Shown piece after piece: positions 8,450-18,189 of a stretch of DNA of 38,453 nt. A program made the position numbers and the translations under genes. The stretch is from Chlamydiales bacterium (GTDB lineage: Bacteria > Chlamydiota > Chlamydiia > Chlamydiales > JBFIDQ01): NCBI GenBank assembly GCA_041603795.1, contig JBFIDQ010000003.1:1-38453 (forward strand), read 5' to 3'. The notes under the pieces were generated by a model, which saw nothing but the letters and a program-made list of their open reading frames with translations, had not been told where the DNA came from and did no database searches. How positions within the stretch are numbered: position 1 is the stretch's first letter; every line of letters starts with the position of its first letter.

Positions 8450-9435
8450 ACCGTCACCTTTTCTACGTCCATCGCACGAATCACAATTTCCTCACTGACA
8501 AAATGCTTTGCAGATACCTTACCCGGCTCGTCAGCTATTACACAAGTAATTTGGCCCGATTGATTTTTTTTATCGCGACGCATCCCCTTTAGAATCTGTT
8601 CTGAAGGCAAATTTGTCTGAGTGGGCAATCCAATCTTTTGCAAAAGTGATTCGATGCGATCGTGTAATAACCAACTGGAACGGCCCATGCGTATCCCTAG
8701 GCGAAGCGCCATGAGCATTCCAATTGCGACAGCCTCTCCATGCAAGTAGCGTTGGTAGCCTGAAGCCCATTCGATGGCGTGACCAAAAGTATGCCCAAAG
8801 TTAAGCTGGGCGCGAGCTCCGTTTGAATCGCGCGGATCAAGAGCTACAATTTTTTCCTTTATCAGCACACACCGCTTGATGAGCTGCTCCGGGATAAATG
8901 AGGAGCTCACCTCGGACTCAATCTGTTCGAGCAGTTCTGGTCCGTCAATCACCCCATATTTGACCACCTCAGCCAAACCCGCAGCAAACTGACGGCGATC
9001 TAAAGTCGCCAAGAAAGCGGACTCCAACCAGGTTTCCTTTGGCGGCCAAAACGCCCCCACAAGATTTTTTCCTTCTGAAAGATTAACGCCCGTCTTCCCG
9101 CCGATCGCAGCATCGACCATTCCAAGAAGTGTTGTTGGCACAGCAATCCACTCGATACCCCGCATGTAGCCACTAGCAACAAATCCCGCTACGTCAGTGA
9201 CCACTCCACCGCCAAGAGCGACGATAAGAGTATCGCGACCGCATCCCCAATTTGCCAACTGACCCCAACAGCGCTCTACCGTAGCCACGATTTTGCTTCC
9301 TTCGCCGGGTGGCAAGGTAACGACTCGATCAAAGCGCGGAATTTTCCCTGCGTAGAGCTCCATAACAGTACTGTCGCTGATAAGAATGACTTCCCCATGG
9401 TTTAGGGAAGCGAATTTGTTTTGAATTGACTTCAT
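8446..9435 (-). CDS. aroB: 3-dehydroquinate synthase
   Basis: GGGVVTDVAGF, VPTTLLGMVDAAIGGKTGVN, KNLVGAF, LNFGHTFGHAIE, HGEAVAIG. Start placed at ATG 9435 because the longer ORF-track start runs through a terminator. Confidence 0.93.
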   Translation of the reverse strand: MKSIQNKFASLNHGEVILISDSTVMELYAGKIPRFDRVVTLPPGEGSKIVATVERCWGQLANWGCGRDTLIVALGGGVVTDVAGFVASGYMRGIEWIAVPTTLLGMVDAAIGGKTGVNLSEGKNLVGAFWPPKETWLESAFLATLDRRQFAAGLAEVVKYGVIDGPELLEQIESEVSSSFIPEQLIKRCVLIKEKIVALDPRDSNGARAQLNFGHTFGHAIEWASGYQRYLHGEAVAIGMLMALRLGIRMGRSSWLLHDRIESLLQKIGLPTQTNLPSEQILKGMRRDKKNQSGQITCVIADEPGKVSAKHFVSEEIVIRAMDVEKVTV

Positions 9436-9459
9436 GCTCGAAAGAATAGCAGCTCTTCC

Positions 9460-9498
9460 AAAAAAAATGGCTGGCATCGTCGGACACCGATGCCAGCC
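9460..9498 (-). terminator. Rho-independent terminator after the TPR gene
   Basis: 11-bp stem GGCTGGCATCG/CGATGCCAGCC (9469-9479, 9488-9498) followed on the minus strand by a T8 run. Confidence 0.8.
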
Positions 9499-9583
9499 CG
9501 CATTCATGGATGAGTGAGGAATTGCCTCACTCGATGGACACCTAATCAACCCACCCTATTCAGCGGATTGTTTTGTTTGATTC

Positions 9584-9934
9584 TTACTGTGATTGTTCAT
9601 TTTCACTGCGGAGCTTTTCGATGAGATCAGGAACAATGCCCGACCCCTTATCTGCAGATCCCGCAAGTTTCGTGTAGCTACTGAAGGCGCGAATCGCCTC
9701 CTTACGCTTTCCCAGAATTTGCAGAGCTGTTCCCATATGGTAGTAGGCCTCTGGCGGATGACCATTGCATTTCACGGCGCGCTGAAAGCAACGCACTGCC
9801 TTGTTATGCCGGCCCATTCGGACGTAGGCTAGACCAAGGTTGGTATGAATGATGGCACTGTCAGGTTTTGTTTTCAGGATTGCTTTGTAGGATTGAACGG
9901 CAAGTTCATCCCAGAATTGTCGATTAGCAAACAT
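9584..9934 (-). CDS. Small TPR-repeat protein
   Basis: TPR-like helices (IHTNLGLAYVRMGRHNKAVRCFQRAV; AYYHMGTALQILGKRKEAIRAF); RBS GAGGAG upstream. Confidence 0.8.
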   Translation of the reverse strand: MFANRQFWDELAVQSYKAILKTKPDSAIIHTNLGLAYVRMGRHNKAVRCFQRAVKCNGHPPEAYYHMGTALQILGKRKEAIRAFSSYTKLAGSADKGSGIVPDLIEKLRSENEQSQ

Positions 9935-10173
9935 AGTGGACTCTCCTCAACTTCACTAGTTTAAGTTAGGTTGAGGGGTCGATCACAAATCGAATCTGGT
10001 TCCTCAGCCTACAGAATGGTCCGTCTCTCTCTCGCCGCCGTGGTCTTCGGCCGCTTTTGTTGAGAGGAGATGTTTCCTTTCTTTCTCAAAATGGGTATCG
10101 GTCCCTGCGAAGCCAGACCTTAGAAAAAAATAATTTTTCTGCTATGTCTTAGGAGCTTCATCAACCTTAACCC

Positions 10174-11436
10174 GTGAAGGGTGTAATGCCTGTGGCCTTT
10201 CGATTCGTTGCTTTTCTTGCCGTTTTCCTCACCGCACAGGGTGTTTGTGCTGAGGGCAGGCTTTATGATTATCTCTATCAGGCAGCCGAGCAAAACGCTG
10301 GAATCAAATCCGCCTTCGAAAACTGGCAAGCTTCGTTAGCGAGAGTGGCTTATTCGAACAGGCTCCCCGACCCTAAGATCACTTATGGGCACTTCATTGA
10401 GTCCGTAGAGACCAGAGTCGGCCCTCAGAAATTTCGACTTGGGTTGGGTCAGATGATCCCCTGGCTGGGAAAGCTATCGTCCAGAAAGGATGTTGCAAGT
10501 CAGCAAGCTCTTCTTGCTGAAGAGATGCTCGCCCAGGCTTACGTAAGCCTTCGGTTGGATCTGACCGAAGCCTTTCTTCACTACCTCTATATCGAAAAAG
10601 CGATTGGGACCCAAAAGGATTACATTGATTTGTCTCGAACCCTGGAGCAAACCGCGCAGGTTCAGGTCAAAGTGGGAGGGTCCGGGGCGGATGTGATTCA
10701 AGCACAAATGGAAGTGAATCGTTTGGAGTATGAGCTCGTCACTCTAGCGGAAAAAAGGATAACAGCGATGGCACGCATCAATGCGATTCTTAACGTGCCA
10801 GCAGGTAATGAGGTTCCTCTTCCATCGGACATTGAGGAGTATGTCGCGCCTCCCAAAAAGAAGCTTGCGCTGTTGGATGAACACGATTTGAAGTCCGCCA
10901 ATCCGGAAATGAAAATAATCGATGCACAAAAGCGAGTACTCGAGGCCCGGCGCAAGCTCGTACATAAAGAGCGATTCCCCGATTTTACGGTCGGCGTCGA
11001 CTGGATAAAGACTGACCGAGCTGTAATGGCTACGCCGGACAGTGGAAAAGATCCAGTGATGGCATTCGTGTCGATTAATCTTCCCATTTGGCGAAGCACC
11101 TATCGATCTCAGGAGAGGGAGGTCGAAAACCTAGTGGAGAGCGTAGCTCACACCTATCGTCAGCAAGGCTACCGCCTTCAATTTGAACAGGAGAGAATAC
11201 TCTTTAACTTTTCAGATGCAAAGCGACGAATCGAGCTGTACGGCGATCTGCTTCTACCAGAAGCGGAGCAGGCGCTCTCGATACTCACGGATGCCTATAA
11301 AACAGGGCGGAGCGATTTCGAGCGCCTACAGAATGCAGAAATTGCCTTGTTGAATCTGCAATTAAAATTAGAGAGGGCGCGGTCTGACTTAGGGATCGCA
11401 GTCGCACAGTATCAAGCTATGGTGGGAGAGTCCTAA
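10174..11436 (+). CDS. TolC-family outer membrane efflux protein (CusC-like)
   Basis: Signal peptide, LPDP, QMIPWLGK, FPDFTVG, SINLPIW; first gene of the RND operon. Confidence 0.88.
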   Translation: MKGVMPVAFRFVAFLAVFLTAQGVCAEGRLYDYLYQAAEQNAGIKSAFENWQASLARVAYSNRLPDPKITYGHFIESVETRVGPQKFRLGLGQMIPWLGKLSSRKDVASQQALLAEEMLAQAYVSLRLDLTEAFLHYLYIEKAIGTQKDYIDLSRTLEQTAQVQVKVGGSGADVIQAQMEVNRLEYELVTLAEKRITAMARINAILNVPAGNEVPLPSDIEEYVAPPKKKLALLDEHDLKSANPEMKIIDAQKRVLEARRKLVHKERFPDFTVGVDWIKTDRAVMATPDSGKDPVMAFVSINLPIWRSTYRSQEREVENLVESVAHTYRQQGYRLQFEQERILFNFSDAKRRIELYGDLLLPEAEQALSILTDAYKTGRSDFERLQNAEIALLNLQLKLERARSDLGIAVAQYQAMVGES

Positions 11437-12878
11437 TGAGTAGAAAACTACGGATAGGCGGAGCAATTGCCGGGGTGCTGCTGCTTTTGGGTGCGGTTTA
11501 CCTCGTATTTTCTGGTAGTGGCGGCGACCACCAACAGGAGAGGGAGAGCGGGACGATTTGGAGCTGCGCTATGCACCCCCATATCAAAATGCCGGAGCCC
11601 GGCAACTGCCCCATTTGTGGAATGAAGTTAATCCCCCTAGAGACAGAAAAAGCAGGTGAAGAGGCCCCCGCTTCTCTTGTCCTCTCAGAGAGAGCACGAA
11701 AACTGGCTCAGGTTGAAACGGCAGTTGTCCAAAGGGGAGAGGCACACCTCAACGTATTCTTATATGGAAAGTTAGAGTTTGATGAGTCCCGAGTGGCTCA
11801 TATCACCTCCCGAACTCCGGGGAGAATTGAACGATTGTTCCTTGACTTCACCGGGATTTCAGTGAGAAAAGGCGACCACATGGTGGAGCTGTACAGCCCG
11901 GAACTCGTGATCGCTCAACAGGAGCTCATCCAGGCGGCTCAAACAAAAAAAAACATGCGAGAGGATGCCTCGCCATTTCTAAAGAGAAACCTGCGAGACA
12001 ACTATGATTCTGCCCGAGAAAAACTTCAGCTGTGGGGAATCTCGGATGAGCAGATTGCAGAGATTGAAAAAGAGGGTGCTCCAGAAGAGGTGCTTACTAT
12101 TAACGCTCCCATTGGTGGTGTTGTGGTTCACAAGGAAGCGATTGAGGGCCGGTATGTCAAGGAAGGCACGAAGATCTATACGATTGCAGATCTGTCCGAA
12201 CTCTGGCTGATCCTCGATGCCTATGAGGCAGACCTGGCATGGCTGAGGCATGGACAGAGGGTTGAATTTCAAGCGGAGGCTATTCCAGGAAAAATTTTTA
12301 AGGGAACCGTCTCGTTTATCGACCCTGTGCTTAATGAGAAAAAAAGGGCGGTACGCATTCGCGCTAACGTAAGCAATGAAGATGGAATACTAAAACCAGG
12401 GATGTTTGTTCGCGCAACGGTAAAACCCCTGCTGGGTGCCACGGGAAGTATCGTATCCAAAACATTGGAGGGTAAATGGGTGGGCCCTATGCACCCGCAG
12501 ATTGTCAGAGATGAACCAGGAGCCTGCCCAGTTTGTGGAATGGATCTTGTGACAGCCGAATCTCTTGGGTATGTTTCGTACGACTCCGAAAATGGACAGC
12601 CACCACTTTTGATTCCCGAAACGGCCCCGCTTATCACCGGAAGGCGAGCGATCGTATTCGTGGAAGATGCAAAGGCTCCTGGGGTCTATACCGCTAGAAC
12701 CATTACGCTGGGCCCTCGAGCTGAGGACCACTACCTCGTTTATGAGGGGCTTCATGAAGGAGAGAGGGTGGTCACAAGTGGCAATTTCAAGATCGATAGC
12801 GCCTCTCAAATTCTAGGAAAACCAAGTATGATGATGCCCAAGGGGGCTGCGAAGCCAATGAAGGGACATAGCCATTAG
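11436..12878 (+). CDS. cusB: CusB-like RND periplasmic adaptor with two heavy-metal-binding domains
   Basis: CAMHP...PGNCPICGMKL and GPMHP...PGACPVCGMDL motifs, YSPEL, LKPGMF, SGNFKID. Confidence 0.88.
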   Translation: MSRKLRIGGAIAGVLLLLGAVYLVFSGSGGDHQQERESGTIWSCAMHPHIKMPEPGNCPICGMKLIPLETEKAGEEAPASLVLSERARKLAQVETAVVQRGEAHLNVFLYGKLEFDESRVAHITSRTPGRIERLFLDFTGISVRKGDHMVELYSPELVIAQQELIQAAQTKKNMREDASPFLKRNLRDNYDSAREKLQLWGISDEQIAEIEKEGAPEEVLTINAPIGGVVVHKEAIEGRYVKEGTKIYTIADLSELWLILDAYEADLAWLRHGQRVEFQAEAIPGKIFKGTVSFIDPVLNEKKRAVRIRANVSNEDGILKPGMFVRATVKPLLGATGSIVSKTLEGKWVGPMHPQIVRDEPGACPVCGMDLVTAESLGYVSYDSENGQPPLLIPETAPLITGRRAIVFVEDAKAPGVYTARTITLGPRAEDHYLVYEGLHEGERVVTSGNFKIDSASQILGKPSMMMPKGAAKPMKGHSH

Positions 12879-12880
12879 CA

Positions 12881-15800
12881 ATGAGTAACGAACCTGACTC
12901 CTTACCCAGCAAACTGATTCGCTTCTGTCAAAACAACCAACTGGTTGTGATTGTCATCGCTCTCTTTTCCCTATTTATGGGGGTGATGATTGCTCCATTT
13001 GATTGGAGCATAGAAGGGGTCGGTCTATCGAAAGTTCCCGTGGATGCGATCCCTGACATAGGAGAAAACCAGCAAATTGTCTTTACCCAGTGGCCTGGGA
13101 TTTCTCCAAGAGATATCGAAGACCAGGTGACCTATCCCCTCACCTCCGCTCTGCTTGCCACCCCTGGAGTCAAGACGGTTAGGGGTTACTCCATGTTTGG
13201 CTTTTCCTCGATCTATGTAATTTTTGAGGAGGGAGTCGATTTCTACTGGTCGCGATCACGTATCCTAGAAAAACTAAACAGCCTTCCGAGCGGGACCCTT
13301 CCCGACGGCGTTCAACCGGCGCTAGGACCGGACGCTACGGCTCTTGGTCAGATCTTCTGGTATACCCTTGAGGGACACGATAAAGATGGAAATCCAACCG
13401 GAGGATGGGGCCCCGATGAACTTCGAAGCGTCCAGGATTGGGTCGTCCGCTACGCATTACTTGCGGCCTCTGGCGTTAGTGAGGTCGCCTCTGTTGGAGG
13501 ACATGTAAAGGAGTATCAGGTTGATGTAGATCCTGACGCCATGAAGGCATATGGGGTTACTCTTAGCCAAGTTCTTGCCGCGGTAAAGGGATCCAATGTT
13601 GACGTAGGCGCGCGCACTATGGAGGTCAACCGGGCTGAATACATCGTCAGGGGAGTCGGACTTCTTAAAACAGTAAAGGATTTAGAAAATACGGTGATTA
13701 AGGCCGTAGATGGCAACCCTATTTTCCTTCGAAACATTGGACATATCTCCCTGGGTCCTGCTCTTAGGCGAGGGGCGTTAAATAAAGAAGGGGTTGAGGC
13801 AACCGGAGGTGTTGTCGTCGTTCGATATGGTTACAATCCGCTTGAAGCCATCCAGAATGTAAAAGAGAAGATTGCGGAGATAGCTCCGAGCCTTCCCGAG
13901 AAAACACTTGCAGATGGCACTGTTAGCAAGCTTACAATTGTTCCGTTCTACGATCGAACCCTTCTAATCAACGAAACACTCAATACATTGAGTGAGGCTC
14001 TCATATTGGAGATCCTAGTCACGTCCCTCGTAGTGATCATTCTTCTCCGTCATTTGCGCAGCGCTCTTTTGATCGCAAGTACTGTTCCTATGGCGGTCCT
14101 TCTTTGCTTTCTTGTGATGAGGATTTCAGGCGTCGACGCAAACATTGTCTCTCTCTCAGGCATTGCAATTGCCATCGGTACGATGGTGGATATCGCAATC
14201 GTGATCTCTGAGAGTATCGTTAAGCGCCTAGATGGGGGTTTTGGTGAGAGCCGAAAGGAGTCTGTTTATCATGGCACCCGAGAGGTTGCCGGTGCAGTGC
14301 TCACGGCCCTTGCGACAACGGTGGTTGGATTCCTCCCCGTTTTTGCGATGGAGGCGGCGGAAGGAAAGCTCTTCCGACCACTTGCCTTTACCAAAACGTT
14401 TGCTCTGCTTTCTGCCATGCTCCTGGCACTTACGGTTATCCCTGCAATCGCCTCATTTATCCTGCGTCCGTCTAAAAAAGACGGCACCAAGGTTAACTAT
14501 GCCGAGTTGCTCTTGCTCTTTGGTGTAGCTGTAACCCTGACTTATCTTTGGATGCCGCTCGGTCTCGAAAAAGGGATTTTTCAAAACGCGTCTTTCGTAT
14601 TCCTTGCAATTGGAGGACTACTCTTGGGAGCCTACGGGTTCATGTGGGTCTACCCAACGCTCTTGCGGTACTTCCTAAAGAACAAGAAGCAGTTTCTGTG
14701 TATCCCTTGTGGCGTTGTTTTGTTCGGCATGGTTGTTTGGTTGGGAATCCCCGGTTTCTACAAGGGAATGGGAAAAGAATTTATGCCGCCGCTGGACGAG
14801 GGCAGCTATCTATTTATGCCAAGCACCATGCCCCACGCCTCCATCACAGAGTCTCTCGATGTCTTGGCTAAGCAGAACATCCTAATTGATCGAATTCCTG
14901 AAGTGAAAGGAGTGGTTGGAAAGATCGGCAGAGTAGAAAGTCCACTGGACCCCGCACCGATTTCGATGGTTGAGACGGTTATCGACTACCACCCTAAATA
15001 CCTTCAGGACAAAGATCGAGCAACACTGTTTTTTGACTTCGATAGTTCCGAGAGGGATTTTGCAAGGGCGGTCGATGGAACGCCTCTTTTGGCGCCCGAC
15101 GGCAAGCCTTATAAGGTTCAGGGGAAGTTCAATCGTGACGAAGAAAATCAATTGACCGCAAGCCGATTCGGTCAACCCTTCCCAATGTGGCGTCCGCCCC
15201 TGGACAAGCAGCTAAACCCCGGCAGAGAAAGTTGGTCTGGCATCCGCAACCCCGACGATATCTGGAATCAGATCACTGTTGAGTCCACCATTCCTGGGGC
15301 AACATCAGCTCCCAAGCTTCAACCCATCATGACAAGAATCGTCATGCTTCAAAGCGGAATGCGAGCGCCGATGGGAATCAAGATCAAAGGCCCAACTCTG
15401 GAAGCTATCGAAAAAGTTGCGCTTCAGTTTGAAAATGCTCTGCGGAGCGTTCCTAGCATCGAGAGCAACACCGTGAATGCCGATCGCCTAATTTCCAAAC
15501 CTTACCTCGAAATCAGGATCGATCGAGAAGCCATAGCTCCGTACGGAGTCAAAATCACTGATATTCAGAAGGTGATCACGGTCGCGATCGGTGGAATGAA
15601 GATGACCACTACTATTGAGGGGAGGGAACGCTACCCTGTTCGCGTTCGCTACATGAGGGAGCTGCGCGATCAGATCGAAACGATCGGCGAGATTCTAGTC
15701 AATACACCCTCCGGTGCTCAAATCCCCATTTCGCAACTTGCGAAAATTGAGTACATCAATGGCCCTCAGGTTCTTAAGAGCGAAGATGGTTTTTTGGTAG

Positions 15801-16549
15801 GCTACCTTACCTTTGACATGAAGAAGGGATTCGCCGAGGTAGGAGTGGTAACAGATGCCAAAGAGTACCTCGATAAGATGATCGATGCAGGCCACATCAC
15901 CATGGAAAAAGGAGTCTCCTATATCTTCGCAGGTTCCTTTGAGAACCAGGTGCGAGCAGAAAAGAAGCTGGCGCTCGTTGTGCCGGCAACTCTACTGATC
16001 ATTTTCCTGATTTTGTATCTGCAGTTTAAATCGACTTACACATCGCTCACAATTTTCTCTGGCATCCTTGTGGCCTGGGCCGGAGGATTTATCCTTCTTT
16101 GGTTTTATGGCCAGCCGTGGTTCTGCAACTTCTCTCTGTTTGGAGTGAATATGAGAGAGCTCTTTCAGATGCATACCATCAACCTGAGCGTTGCCATTTG
16201 GGTAGGCTTCCTGGCGCTCTTTGGGATTGCGTCCGATAACGGCGTGCTGGTGGCATCTGCTTTGGACAGGGAGTTTGAAGAAAGAGACATCTCTTCCATC
16301 GATCAAATTCATGAAGCAACGGTCACTGCAGCTCAAAGGAGAATTCGTCCGGCCTTGATGACATCCGCCACAACGATTCTGGCTCTTCTTCCGGTCCTTA
16401 CCTCTTCTGGTAGAGGATCGGATATCATGATTCCAATGGCCATCCCTTCATTTGGAGGCATGCTAATCTCTCTGGTCACGCTTTTCGTAGTACCCGTCCT
16501 CTACTGCCACAGAAAGGAACGCCACTACACACGCAGGACGTTCCGATGA
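12881..16549 (+). CDS. cusA: CusA/SilA-family Cu(I)/Ag(I) RND permease, long variant
   Basis: PVDAIPDIGENQQIV, YWSRSRILEKL, GPDATALGQI, EFMPPLDEG, DPAPISMVET, RRIRPALMT. Confidence 0.93.
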   Translation: MSNEPDSLPSKLIRFCQNNQLVVIVIALFSLFMGVMIAPFDWSIEGVGLSKVPVDAIPDIGENQQIVFTQWPGISPRDIEDQVTYPLTSALLATPGVKTVRGYSMFGFSSIYVIFEEGVDFYWSRSRILEKLNSLPSGTLPDGVQPALGPDATALGQIFWYTLEGHDKDGNPTGGWGPDELRSVQDWVVRYALLAASGVSEVASVGGHVKEYQVDVDPDAMKAYGVTLSQVLAAVKGSNVDVGARTMEVNRAEYIVRGVGLLKTVKDLENTVIKAVDGNPIFLRNIGHISLGPALRRGALNKEGVEATGGVVVVRYGYNPLEAIQNVKEKIAEIAPSLPEKTLADGTVSKLTIVPFYDRTLLINETLNTLSEALILEILVTSLVVIILLRHLRSALLIASTVPMAVLLCFLVMRISGVDANIVSLSGIAIAIGTMVDIAIVISESIVKRLDGGFGESRKESVYHGTREVAGAVLTALATTVVGFLPVFAMEAAEGKLFRPLAFTKTFALLSAMLLALTVIPAIASFILRPSKKDGTKVNYAELLLLFGVAVTLTYLWMPLGLEKGIFQNASFVFLAIGGLLLGAYGFMWVYPTLLRYFLKNKKQFLCIPCGVVLFGMVVWLGIPGFYKGMGKEFMPPLDEGSYLFMPSTMPHASITESLDVLAKQNILIDRIPEVKGVVGKIGRVESPLDPAPISMVETVIDYHPKYLQDKDRATLFFDFDSSERDFARAVDGTPLLAPDGKPYKVQGKFNRDEENQLTASRFGQPFPMWRPPLDKQLNPGRESWSGIRNPDDIWNQITVESTIPGATSAPKLQPIMTRIVMLQSGMRAPMGIKIKGPTLEAIEKVALQFENALRSVPSIESNTVNADRLISKPYLEIRIDREAIAPYGVKITDIQKVITVAIGGMKMTTTIEGRERYPVRVRYMRELRDQIETIGEILVNTPSGAQIPISQLAKIEYINGPQVLKSEDGFLVGYLTFDMKKGFAEVGVVTDAKEYLDKMIDAGHITMEKGVSYIFAGSFENQVRAEKKLALVVPATLLIIFLILYLQFKSTYTSLTIFSGILVAWAGGFILLWFYGQPWFCNFSLFGVNMRELFQMHTINLSVAIWVGFLALFGIASDNGVLVASALDREFEERDISSIDQIHEATVTAAQRRIRPALMTSATTILALLPVLTSSGRGSDIMIPMAIPSFGGMLISLVTLFVVPVLYCHRKERHYTRRTFR

Positions 16550-16596
16550 ATGATATTTGATCCCCACAGTGCACCCCTTTACGCATAATTATTTTC

Positions 16597-16927
16597 GACG
16601 GAAATTTGCAGCGGCCGAATTCCACGTGGCGGTAGCCACGACATATGCTAGCCCCGTGCCACGAGCGATAGCGAGGCAGCTCGGGGTTTATCAAAACGAC
16701 ATTATGCGCCCCGGTAGGGGCGCTACCAATCATCCCGACAGCAATCTGAGAGCGATGACTTCGATAAGAGTGAGCACAGAGCCTTAGTGTTGTAGACGTG
16801 GCGCCCCTACCGGGGCGCATAATGTCGTTTTGATAAACCCCGAGCTGCCTCGCTATCGCTCGTGGCACGGGGCTAGCATATGTCGTGGCTACCGCCACGT
16901 GGAATTCGACCGCTGCAAATTTTCGTC
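16597..16927. repeat. Long inverted repeat (two 127-bp arms, 77-bp spacer), REP/REPIN- or MITE-like
   Basis: 16597-16723 is the reverse complement of 16801-16927 with 2 mismatches. Each arm holds hairpins CGTGGC-GGTA-GCCACG and GCGCCCC-GGTA-GGGGCGC. Confidence 0.92.
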
Positions 16928-16948
16928 ACCTCAATCTCTAGGGAGTCG

Positions 16949-17962
16949 TTATTCCATGCTTGGCAGGTATTCGCCCATGCTGGCGGCAGAATTGAACACG
17001 GCACGCTTGTGTAGTGCTTGTTGAGCTTTCTCTTTATTGGCCAGCTTGCCATTCCAGGCTTTTAGGGCGGGGGCCTGTAGGGCTCTGCCGTAGGAGAAGC
17101 TAAGGCGCCATGGCCGACTACCTCCTAAGGCATTCATCATATTAAGGTGTGCTGTTGCCTCGACATCACTTTGTCCACCTGACAGGAAGTTGATCGTTGG
17201 AACAGCGGCCGGTACGGTCTGACGCAAAATGCGGACGGTGGCTTCAGCGACCTCTTCGGTAGTGGCCTTATTTGGATTGTCACTTCCCGTAATAACCATA
17301 CTTGGTTTGAGTATCATGTATTCCAGCTGGACCCGATGCCGGTGTAGAGCATGAAAAACTTCGTGAAAAACGGCTAGATGAACCTGTTCGGACCTTTCCA
17401 GATCGTGAGTCCCCTCCATGAGTACTTCAGGCTCAACAATTGGAACGATACCTTGCGCTTGACAAATCGCAGCATAGCGCGCCAGGCACTCCGCGTTGGT
17501 CTCAATTGCGAGGCGGCTAGGGAGCGCATCTGTTATGGAGTATACGGCGCGCCATTTGGCAAAACGGGCCCCTTGTTCCTTGTAGGTTGCCAAACGATCG
17601 GACAGGCCATCTAAGCCCTGAGTCACTTTTTCACCGCGGGTTCCGGCCAGTTCAGCTAGACCTTTATCGACTTTGATGCCGGGTACGATCCCTTGTTCTC
17701 GTAAAATCTCTGGGATAAGCTTTCCATTGCTTGCCGTTTGTGCGAGTGTCTCCTCGAACAGAATGACGCCATGAATCTGCTTTCCTAAATCCGGAGTGCT
17801 AAATAGTATCTCGCGGTATTCACGTCGAGCGTCTTCCGTAGAGTCAACCCCAATGGTCTGAAAACGTTTGGCGATGGTTGGAGAGCTTTCATCGGCGGCC
17901 AAAATTCCTTTGCCGGGGACGCTCATCTTCTCAATGGTTTCTTGCATTTCAGTCTTACTCAT
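16949..17962 (-). CDS. fba: Fructose-bisphosphate aldolase class I (glycolytic family)
   Basis: GKGILAADES, GIKVDKG, ARFAKWR, VPIVEPEV, ILKPSMV (Schiff-base Lys), FLSGGQS, FSYGRALQ. Confidence 0.96.
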   Translation of the reverse strand: MSKTEMQETIEKMSVPGKGILAADESSPTIAKRFQTIGVDSTEDARREYREILFSTPDLGKQIHGVILFEETLAQTASNGKLIPEILREQGIVPGIKVDKGLAELAGTRGEKVTQGLDGLSDRLATYKEQGARFAKWRAVYSITDALPSRLAIETNAECLARYAAICQAQGIVPIVEPEVLMEGTHDLERSEQVHLAVFHEVFHALHRHRVQLEYMILKPSMVITGSDNPNKATTEEVAEATVRILRQTVPAAVPTINFLSGGQSDVEATAHLNMMNALGGSRPWRLSFSYGRALQAPALKAWNGKLANKEKAQQALHKRAVFNSAASMGEYLPSME

Positions 17963-18189
17963 AAATTCTCCTTCAAAATTAGGACTCCAGGATAGAAAGT
18001 ACCTTCATTAGAAATGGGTCAAGGGGTTTCATCTTAGATATAGCATCATGGAGAGAAGTTAGCACCAGGTTGGATGCCGAAATTTGATCATAGGCGGATG
18101 GGTAGCTGCAAAACGTGGGGGTTAAGCATCCGTCGTTTCTTCCGATAGCCTTCCTGAGCCCAAGGATGGGCAGGTGATAGGAGTTGGTT

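Noticed and set aside
9436-9549. 38-aa N-terminal extension of AroB in the ORF track
   Set aside because: It runs through a terminator hairpin and has no AroB-like sequence.
16476-17024. ORFs 16557..16787, 16476..16898 and 16830..17024 sharing peptide sequence
   Set aside because: They are translations of the inverted repeat arms and overlap cusA or fba; there is no evidence they are coding.
18060-18185. Sigma54 promoter for the PEP-CTERM gene
   Set aside because: Only a bare GG-N10-GC spacing with a poor match to TGGCAC-N5-TTGC.
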